Under the pieces are notes generated by a model. It did not search any database. It was not told the DNA's origin and was given only the letters and a program-made list of their open reading frames with translations. A stretch of DNA of 64,000 nt from Octopus vulgaris (Eukaryota), in NCBI GenBank assembly GCA_951406725.2, contig OX597843.1, forward strand, positions 13,454,001 to 13,518,000, given 5' to 3'. The stretch's first letter is position 1; every line of letters starts with the position of its first letter. Shown piece after piece: positions 26,901-37,186 of this stretch. Made by a program: the position numbers and the translations under genes.

Positions 26901-27847
26901 CTGTTAGGTAAATATAAATTATATGAGTGATAATAAGCTTATATTTATCCAAGAGATCACTAAATTCTCAAAAGTTTTCAGGTTAGAAAATGTCAAAATA
27001 TTTCAAATGTGTACCTGAAAAACAACAAAAAATTTAGTGATCTGTTAGGTAAATATAAATTAACTGTGTGATAATAAGCATATATTCATCCAAGAGATCA
27101 CTAAATTCTCCAAAGTTTTCAGGTTAGAAAATGTCAAAATATTTCAAATGTGTACTTGAAAAACAAAAAAAATTTTGTGATCTGTTAGGTAAATATAAAT
27201 TAACTGAGTGATAATAAGCTTATATTTATCCAAGAGATCACTAAATTCTCAAAAGTTTTCAGGTTAGAAAATGTCAAAATATTTCAAATGTGTACTTGAA
27301 AAACAAAAAAAAATTTTTGATCTGTTAGGTAAATATAAGCTATATGAGTGATAATAAGCTTATATTTATCCAAGAGATCACTAAATTCTCAAAAGTTTTC
27401 AGGTTAGAAAATGTCAAAATATTTCAAATGTGTACTTGAAAAACAAAAAAAATTTTGTGATCTGTTAGGTAAATATAAATTAACTGAGTGATAATAAGCT
27501 TATATTTATCCAAGAGATCACTAAATTCTCAAAAGTTTTCAGGTTAGAAAATGTCAAAATATTTCAAATGTGTACTGAAAAACAAAAAAAATTTTGTGAT
27601 CTGTTAGGTAAATATAAATTAACTGAGTGATAATAAGCTTATATTTATCCAAGAGATCACTAAATTCTCAAAAGTTTTCAGGTTAGAAAATGTCAAAATA
27701 TTTCAAATGTGTACTTGAAAAACAAAAAAAAATTTTGTGATCTGTTAGGTAAATATAAATTAACTGAGTGATAATAAGCTTATATTTATCCAAGAGATCA
27801 CTAAATTCTCAAAAGTTTTCAGGTTCGAAAATGTAAAAATATTTCAA
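11981..27847. repeat. Satellite A: 140-bp AT-rich monomer, ~113 copies
   Basis: attttgtgat recurs at 17821 and 17961. Consensus gtgatctgttaggtaaatataagctatatgagtgataataagcttatatttatccaagagatcactaaattctcaaaagttttcaggttagaaaatgtcaaaatatttcaaatgtgtacttgaaaaacaaaaaaaatttt. Confidence 0.98.
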
Positions 27848-28318
27848 ATGCATGCGCACTTACACTTCTGCGCATGCGCAGTCACACGTTCGCGCATGCG
27901 CAGTCGCACCTTCGCGCATGCGCACTCACACTTTCGCGCATGCGCAGTCACACTTTCGCGCATGCGCAGTTACACTTTTGCGCATGCGCAGTCACACGTT
28001 CGCGCATGCGCAGTTACAATTTTGCGCATGCGCAGTCACACGTTCGCGCATGCGCACTCACACTTTCGCGCATGCGCATTCACACTTTAGCGCATGCGCA
28101 GTCGAGCTTTCGCGCATGCGCACTCATACTTCCGCGCATGCGCAGTCACACGTTCGCGCATGCGCATTCACACGTTCGCGCATGCGCAGTCTCACATTCG
28201 CGCATGCGCACTTACATTTTCGCGCATGCGCATTCACACTTTCGCGCAGGCGCAGTCACACGTTCGCGCAAACGCAGTTACACGTTAACGCATGCGCAGT
28301 CACACTTTCGCGCATGCG
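27848..28318. repeat. 22-bp minisatellite (~21 copies) with palindromic GCGCATGCGC core
   Basis: Unit cgcgcatgcgcagtcacacttt, with starts at 27913, 27935 and 27957. Confidence 0.95.
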
Positions 28319-28720
28319 TGGCACCTTGGGCCGACCAAAGCCTTGTGAGTTGATTTGGTAGACGGAAACTGAAAGAAGACCATCGTATATATATTCTTTT
28401 GTAAGCCCAGTACTGAACCCGGAATCATGTGGTTCCACACAGCCATTCCTGTGCCTGTATATACTCTCTTTACTCTGTTTCAGTCATTTCACTGCGGCCA
28501 TGCTGCAGCACCGCCTTTAATCGAGCAACTCGACTCCAGGACTTATTCTTTTGTAAGCCCAGTACTGAACCCGGAATCATGTGGTTCCACACAGCCATTC
28601 CTGTGCCTGTATATACTCTCTTTACTCTGTTTCAGTCATTTCACTGCGGCCATGCGCAGTCGCACCGCCTTTAATCGAGCAACTCGACTCCAGGACTTAT
28701 TATTTTGTAAGCCCAGTACT
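28319..28720. mobile_element. Rearranged SINE family 1 pieces, incl. ~152-bp tandem of an internally deleted copy
   Basis: A plus-strand core fragment (28319-28390) is followed by minus-strand tail/head fusions. gtaagcccagtact recurs at 28401, 28553 and 28707. Confidence 0.72.
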
Positions 28721-29135
28721 TTAGTGATCTGTTAGGTAAATATAAATTAACTGAGTGATAATAAGCTTATATATATCCAAGAGATCACTAAATTCTCAAA
28801 AGTTTTAAGGTTAGAAATGTCATAATATTTCAAATGTGTAGTTGAAAAACAACAAAGAATTTTGTTATCTGTTAGGTAAATATAAATTAACTGAGTGATA
28901 ATAAGCTTATATTTTTCCAAGAGAATACTGAATTCTCATAAGTTTTCAGGTTAGAAAATGTCAAAATATTGCAAATGTGTACTTCAAAAACAGTGATCTG
29001 TTGGGTAAATATTAATTAACTGAGAGATAATAAGCTTATATTTATCCAAGAGATCACTAAATTCTCAAAAGTTTTCAGGTTAGAAAATGTCAAAATATTT
29101 CAAATGTGTAATTGGAAAACAACAAAAAATTTATG
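28721..29135. repeat. Satellite A, ~3 diverged monomers
   Basis: Same 140-bp monomer. Confidence 0.93.
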
Positions 29136-30149
29136 GTGACAAAAGGCTCAAATTAAAAGGCAGACTGTATGATGCATGTGTACGTAGGGCCATGCTACAT
29201 GGTAGTGAAACTTTGGCTGTGACTGCTGATGATTTACGTAAGCTCGGAAGAAATGAAGCTAGTATGCTCCGTTGGATGTGTAATGTCAGTGTTCATAGTC
29301 GACAGAGTGTAAGTACCTTGAGAGAAAAGTTTGGCCTAAGAGGCATCAGATGTTGTGTGCAAGAGAGACGTTGGCGCTGGTATGGTCATGTGGCGAGAAT
29401 GGACGAAGATAGGTTTGTGAAAAAGTGCCACACCCTGGCAGTTGAGGGGACCTGTGGAAGAGGTAGACCCAGGAAAACCTGGGTCGAGGTGGTGAAGCAC
29501 GACCTTCGAACTCTAGGTCTCACCAAGGAAATGACCAGAGACCGAGACCTGTGGAAGTATGCTGTGCGTGAGAAGACCCGGCAAGACCAGTGAGAACAAT
29601 CAAAATCAAATCATATATACGTGTCTGCTGCCAGCCTCGTCTGGCACCCGTGTCGATGATACATAAAAGCACCATTCGCTCGTGGCCGTTTGCCAGCTCT
29701 GTCTGGCCCCGTGTCGGTGACACGTAAAAGCACTATCCGCTCGTGTTAGTTGCCAGCCTCGGCTGGCCCCCGTGCCAGTGACGCGTAAAAGCACCGTCCG
29801 TTCGTGGCCGTTTGCCAGCTCTGTCTGGCCCCGTGTCGGTGGCATGTAAAAGCACCATCCGCTCGTGTTCGTTGCCAGCCTCGGCTGGCCCCGTGCCGGT
29901 GACACGTAAAAGCACCATCCGTTCGTGGCCGTTGTGCCAGCTCTGTCTGGCACCTGTGAAGGTGGCACGTAAAAAACACCCACTACACTGGCGGAGTGGT
30001 TGGCGTTAGGAAGGGCATCCAGCCGTAGAAACACTGCCAAATCTGACTGGGCCTGATGAAGCCTTCCGGCTTCACAGACCCCAGTTAAACTGTCCAACCC
30101 ATGCTAGCATGGAAAGCGGACGCTAAATGATGATGATGATGATGATGAT
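29134..30149 (+). mobile_element. 5'-truncated RTE LINE (ORF C-terminus to stop at 29593, repetitive 3' UTR, (GAT)n tail)
   Basis: KGRLYDACVR.AMLHGSET.AVTA...RWYGHVARM...GRGRPRKTW.EVVKHDL, homologous to 63345-63781. It is inserted into satellite A. Confidence 0.9.
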
Positions 30150-30290
30150 AGGTAAATATAAATCAACTGAGTGATAATAAGCTTATATTTATCCAAGAGA
30201 TCACTAAATCCTCAAAAGTTTTCAGGTTAGAAAATGTCAAAATATTTCAAATGTGTACATGAAAAACAACAAAAAATTTAGTGATCTGTT
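30150..30290. repeat. Single satellite A monomer between two RTE tails
   Basis: aggtaaatata...ttagtgatctgtt, one full unit. Confidence 0.92.
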
Positions 30291-30702
30291 ATCATCATCA
30301 TCATCATCATCATTTAACGTCCGCTTTCCATGCTAGCATGGGTTGGACGGTTCAACTGGGGTCTGGGGAGCCCGAAGGCTGCACCAGGCCAGTCAGATCT
30401 GGCAGTGTTTCTACAGCTGGATGCCCTTCCTAACGCCAACCACTCTGAGAGCGTAGAGGGTGATTTTATGTGCCACCGACACAGGTGCCACATGAGGCTG
30501 GCGAACGGCCACGATCGGATGGTGTTTGTTACGTGCCCACAGCACGGAGGCCTGTCGATGCGGTACTGGCTACGGCCACGTTCGGTTGGTTTTCTTGTCT
30601 ACCACCGGCACTGGTACCACAAAGATACAGATTCCATTGATGTTCATCTATTTTGATTTCTTTTGGTTTGATTTATAACCTGACTAGTCTTGCCGGGTCT
30701 TC
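30291..30702 (-). mobile_element. RTE LINE 3' UTR/tail with last ORF codons
   Basis: (CAT)n plus the tail motif. It ends with ctagtcttgccgggtcttc, the reverse complement of KTRQD*. Confidence 0.82.
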
Positions 30703-30704
30703 GG

Positions 30705-33700
30705 ATGAATAGAAGACTAATATTTAATTTAACTTTCATTGGCAGTAAAAATCTGGGGTAGATTTAATATTCCTCTAAAACTTCTGGGATGACAAGGGAA
30801 TTGTAAACAGAAGACAAACAGTAACTTTACCTTTCATTGTTGTGGGGTGGATACAATAAATTAGCAGTAAAATTCTGAGGTTGATTTAATATTACTCTAA
30901 AACTTCTGAGATGCCAAGGGAATTGTAATAGAAGACTAAAGTAACTTCACTTTCATTGTAATTGTAATAGAAGACTAACATTAACTTTCATGAGCAGTAA
31001 AATCCTGGGGTAGATTTAATATTCCTCTAAAACTTCTGAGATGACAAGGGAATTATAATAGAAGACTAACACTAACTTTACCTTTCATTGTTGTGGGGTG
31101 GATACAATAAAGTAGCAGTAAAATTCTGGGGTAGATTTAATATTCCTCTAAACTTCTGAGATGCCAAGGGAATTATAATAGAAGACTAACATTAACTTTA
31201 ACTTTCATTGTAATTGTAATAGAAGACTAACATTAACTTTAACTTTCATTGGCAGTAAAATTCTGGGGTAGATTTAATATTCCTCTAAAACTTCTGAGAT
31301 GACAAGGGAATTGTAAAAGAAGACTAACAGTAACGTTAGCTTTCATTGTTGTGGGGTGGATACAATAAAGTAGCAGTAAAATTCTGGGGTAGATTTAATA
31401 TTCCTGTAAAACATCTGAGATTTCAAGGCAATTGTAATAGAAGACTAACATTAACTTTACCTTTCATTGTTGTTGGGTGTATACAATAAATTAGAAGTAA
31501 AATTCTGGGAAAGATTTATTGTTTCTCTAAAACTTCTGAGATAACAAGGGAATTATAATAGAAGACTAACAGTAACTTTACCTTTCATTGTAATTGTAAT
31601 AGAAGACTAACATTAATTATAACATTTATTAGCAGTAAAATCCTGGGGTAGATTTAATATTCCTCTAAAACTTCTGAGATGACAAGGGAATTGTAAAAGA
31701 AGACTAACAGTAACGTTAGCTTCCATTGTTGTGGGGTGGATACAATAAAGTAGCAGTAAAATTCTGGGGTAGATTTAATATTCCTATAAAATATCTGAGA
31801 TTCCAAGGCAATTATAATAGAAGACAAACATTAATTATAACTTTTATTAGCAGTAAAATCCTGGGGTAGATTTAATATTCCTCTAAACTTCTGAGATGAC
31901 AAGGGAATTATAATAGAAGACTAACATTAACATTACTTTTCATTGTTGTTCGTTGTATACGATAAATTAGCAGTAAAATTCTAGGGTAGATTTAATATTT
32001 CTCTAAAACTTCTGAGATGGCATGGGAATTATAATATAGGATTAACAGTAACTTTACCTTTCATTGTTTTGCGGTGGATACAATAAAGTAGCAGCAAAAT
32101 TCTAGGGTAGAATTAATATTTTTCTAAACTTATGAGATGACAAAGGAATTATAATAGAAATCTAACATTAAATTTCACTTTCATTGTTGTTGGGTGGATG
32201 CAATAAATTAGCAGTAAAATTCTGGGGTTGATTTAATATTCCTCTAAAACTTCTGAGATTCCAAGGGAATTATAATAGAAGACTAAAACTAATTTTAACT
32301 TTCATTTTTGTTGGGTGGATCCAATAAAGTAGCAGTAAAATTCTGGGGTAGATTTAATATTCCTCTAAAACTTCTGAGATTCCAAGGAATTATAATAGAA
32401 GACTAAAACTAATTTTAACTTTCATTTTTGTTGGGTGGATCCAATAAATTAGCAGTAAAATTCTGGGGTTGATTTAATATTCCTCTAAAACTTCTGAGAT
32501 TCCAAGGGAATTATAATAGAAGACTAAAACTAATTTTAACTTTCATTTTTGTTGGGTGGATCCAATAAATTAGCAGTAAAATTCTGGGGTTGATTTAATA
32601 TTCCTCTAAAACTTCTGAGATTCCAAGGAATTATAATAGAAGACTAAAACTAATTTTAACTTTCATTTTTGTTGGGTGGATCCAATAAAGTAGCAGTAAA
32701 ATTCTGGGGTAGATTTAATATTCCTCTAAAACTTCTGAGATTCCAAGGGAATTATAATAGAAGACGAAAACTAATTTTAACTTTCATTTTGTTGGGTGGA
32801 TCCAATAAAGTAGCAGTAAAATTCTGGGGTAGATTTAATATTCCTCTAAAACTTCTGAGATGAGAAGGGAATTATAATATAAGACTAACAGTACCTTTAC
32901 CTTTAATTGTTGTTGGGTGCATACAATAAAGTAGCAGTAAAATTCTGGGGTAGATTTAATATTCCTCTAAAACTTCTGAGATGAGAAGGGAATTATAATA
33001 GAAGACTAACACTAACTTCACCTTTAATTGTTGTTGGGTGCATACAATAAAGTAGCAGTAAAATTCTGGGGTAGATTTAATATTCCTCTAAAACTTCTGA
33101 GATGAGAAGGGAATTATAATAGAAGACTAACAGTACCTTTACCTTTCATTGTTGTTGGGTGCATACAATAAAGTAGCAGTAAAATTCTGGGGTAGATTTA
33201 ATATTCCTCTAAAACTTCTGAGATGAGAAGGGAATTATAATATAAGACTAACAGTACCTTTACCTTTCATTGTTGTTGGGTGCATACAATAAAGTAGCAG
33301 TAAAATTCTGGGGTAGATTTAATATTCCTCTAAAACTTCTGAGATGAGAAGGGAATTATAATAGAAGACTAACACTAACTTTACCTTTAATTGTTGTGGG
33401 GTGGATACAATAAATTAGCAGTAAAATTCTGGGGTAGATTTAATATTCCTCTGAAAGTTTTGAGACGTTAAGGGAATTATAATAGAAGACTAACACTAAC
33501 TTTACCTTTAATTGTTGTTGGGTGCATACAATAAATTAGCAGTAAAATTCTGGGGTAGATTTAATATTCCTCTAAAACTTCTGAGATGAGAAGGGAATTA
33601 TAATATAAGACTAACACTAACTTTACCTTTAATTGTTGTTGGGTGCATACAATAAAGTAGCAGTAAAATTCTGGGGTAGATTTAATATTCCTCTAAAACT

Positions 33701-33978
33701 TCTGAGATGAGAAGGGAATTATAATAGAAGACTAACACTAACTTTACCTTTAATTGTTGTTGGGTGCATACAATAAATTAGCAGTAAAATTCTGGGGTAG
33801 ATTTAATATTCCTCTAAAACTTCTGAGATGACAAGGGAATTATAATAGAAGACTAACACTAATTTTAACTTTCATTTTTGTGGGGTGGATACAATAAAGT
33901 AGCAGTAAAATTCTGGGGTAGATTTAATATTCCTCTAAAACTTCTGAGATGACGAGGGAATTAAAATAGAAGACTATT
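30705..33978. repeat. Satellite B: 121-bp monomer, orientation 1
   Basis: aattctggggtagatttaatattcctctaaaacttctgagat... recurs at 32941 and 33062. Confidence 0.96.
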
Positions 33979-33987
33979 ACATTTGCC

Positions 33988-36900
33988 TTTTACTGCTAAT
34001 GAAATTGAAAGTTACTGTTAGTCTTCTAATACAATTGCCTTGGCATCTCAGAAGTTCTACAGGAATATTAAATGTACCCCAGAATTTTACTGCAATTTTA
34101 TTGTATCCACCCCACAACAATGAAAGGTAAATTCATTGTTCGTCTTCTATTACAATTCCTTTGTCATCTCAGAAGTTTTAGAGGAATAGTAAATATACCC
34201 GAATTTTTTGCTGCTACTTTATTGTATCCACCGCACAACAATGAAAGATAAAGTTACTGTTAGTCTTCTATTATAATTTCGTTGGTATCTTGGATACTTT
34301 ATAGGAATATTAAATCTACCCCAGTATTTCACTACTAATTTATTATATCCACCACACAACAATGAAAGGTAAAGGTACTGTTAGTCTGATATTATAATTC
34401 CCTTCTCATCTCAGAAGTTTTAGACAAATATTAAATCTACCCCAGAATTTTACTGCTACTTTATTGTATCCACCCCACAACAATGAAAGGTAAAGTTACT
34501 GTTAGTCTTCTATTATAATTCCCTTGGAATCTCAGAAGTTTTACAGGTATATTAAATCTACGCCAGAAATTTGCTGCTAATTTATTGTATCCACCCAACA
34601 ACAATGTCCACAAAAATGAAAGGTAAATTTACAGTGAATTTACTTTGTCATCTCAGAAGTTCTACAGGAATATTAAATCTACCCCAGTATTTCACTGCTA
34701 ATTTATTGTATCCACCGCACAACAATGAAAGGTAAAGTTACTGTTAGTCTTATATTATAATTCCCTTGTCATCTCAGAAGTTTTAGAGGAATATTAAATC
34801 TACCCCAGAATTTTACTGCTACTTTATTGTATCCACCCCACAACAATGAAAGGTAAAGTTACTGTTAGTCTTCTATTATAATTCCCTTCAAATCTCAGTA
34901 GTTTTAGAGGAATATTAAATCTACCCCAGAATTTTACTGCTAAATTATTGCATCCACCCAACAACAATTAAAGGTAAAGTTAATGTTAGTCTTCTATTAC
35001 AATTGCCTTGGAATCTAAGAAGTTTCACAGGAATATTAAACATACCCCAGAATTTTACTGCTAATTTATTGTATCCACCGCACAACAATGCCCACAAAAA
35101 TGAAAGGTAAAGTTACTGTTATTCTTCTATTACCATTCCCTTGGCATCTCAGAAGTTTTAGAGGAATATTAAATCTACCCAAAATTTTCCTGCTATTTTA
35201 TTGCATCCACCCCACAACAATGAAAGGTAAATTCATTGTTCGTCTACTATTACAATTCCTTTTTCATCTCAGAAGTTTTAGAGGAATATTAAATCTACCC
35301 CAGAATTTTTTGCTGCTACTTTATTGTATCCACCGCACAACAATGAAAGATAAAGTTACTGTTCGTCTTCTATTATAATTCCGTTAGATACTTTATAGGA
35401 ATATTAAATCTACCCCAGTATTTCACTACTAATTTATTATATCCACCGCACAACAATGAAAGGTAAAGTTACTGTTAGTCTTATATTATAATTCCCTTCT
35501 CATCTCAGAAGTTTTAGAGGAATATTAAATCTACCCCAGAATTTTACTGCTACTTTATTGTATACACCCAACAACAATGAGAGGTAAAGTTAGTGTTAGT
35601 CTTCTATTACAATTCCCTTGGAATCTCAGAAGTTTTACACGAATATTAAATCTACCCCAGAATTTTACTGCTACTTTATTTTATCCACCGCACAGCAATG
35701 AAAGGTAAAGTTACTGTTAGTCTTCTATTATAATTCCCTTGGCATCTCAGAAGTTTTGGATGAATATTAAATCTTTCCCAGAATTTTACTGCTACTTTAT
35801 TGTATCCACTGCACAACAATAAAAGATAATGTTTCTGTTAGTCTTCAATTACTATTGACTTGTCTTCTCAGAAGTTTTAGAGGAATATTAAATCTACCCC
35901 AGAATTTTACTGCTACTTTATTGTATCCACCCCACAACAATGAAAGGTAAAGTTAGTGTTAGTCTTCTATTACAATTCCCTTGGCATCTCAGAAGTTTTA
36001 GAGGAATATTAAATCTACCTCAGAATTTTACTGCTATTTTATTGTATCCACCCCACAACAATGAAAGTTAAGTCACTGTTGGTCTTCTATTACAATTCCT
36101 TTGTCATCTCAGAAGTTTTAGAGGGATATTAATTCTACTCCAGAATTTTACTGCTACTTTATAGTATCCACCCCACAACAATGAAAGGTAAAGTTACTGT
36201 TAGTCTTCTATTATATTTCCTTTGGAATCTCAGAAGTTTTAGAAGAATATTAAATATACACCACAATTTTACTGCTAATTTATTGTATCCACCCCACAAA
36301 AATGAAAGGTAAAGTTACTGTTACTCTTCTATTACAATTCCCTTGTCATCTCAGAAGTTTTAGAGGAATATTAAATCTACCCCAGAATTTTACTGCTATT
36401 TTATTGTATCCACCCCACAACAATGAAAGATAAAGTTACTGTTAGTCTTCTATTATAATTTCCTTGGTTATCTTAAATACTTTATAGAAATATTAAATCT
36501 TCCCCAGTATTTCACTGCTAATTTATTGTATCCACCGTACAACAGTGAAAGGTAAAGTTACTGTTACTCTTCTATTACAATTCCCCTGGCATCTCAGAAG
36601 TTTTAGAGAAATATCAAATCTACCCCAGAATTTTACTGCTACTTTATTGTATACACCCCACAACAATGAAAGGTAAAGTTACTGTTAGTCTTCTATTATA
36701 ATTCCTTTGGCATCTCAGAAGTTTTAGAGGAATATTAAATCTACCCCAGAATTTTACTGCTACTTTATTGTATCCACCGCACAACAATAAAAGATAAAGT
36801 TTGTGTTAGTCTTCAATTACCATTGCCTTGGCATCTCAGAAGTTTGAGAGGAATATTAAATCTACCCCAGAATTTTACTGCTACTTTATTGTATCCACCC

Positions 36901-37186
36901 CACAACAATGAAAGGTAAAATTACTGTTAGTTTTCTATTATAATTCCCTTGGCATCTCAGATGTTTTAGAAGAATATTAAATTTTAACCAGAATTTTGGT
37001 GCTAAATTATTGTATCCACTCAACAACAATTAAAGGTAAAGTTAATGTTAGTCTTTTATTACAATTGCCTTGGAATCTCAGAAACTTTACAGGAATATTA
37101 AATCTACCCCAGGATTTTACTGCTACTTTATTGTATCCACCCCACAACAATGAAAATGTAAAGTTATTGTTAGTCTTATATTATTA
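33988..37186. repeat. Satellite B, inverted orientation
   Basis: Reverse-complement monomer (atctcagaagttttagaggaatattaaatctaccccagaattttactgc). Confidence 0.96.

Noticed and set aside
27848-28318. CRISPR-like palindromic repeat array
   Set aside because: The linkers are ~10-bp near-copies rather than unique spacers. There are no cas genes and the context is eukaryotic.
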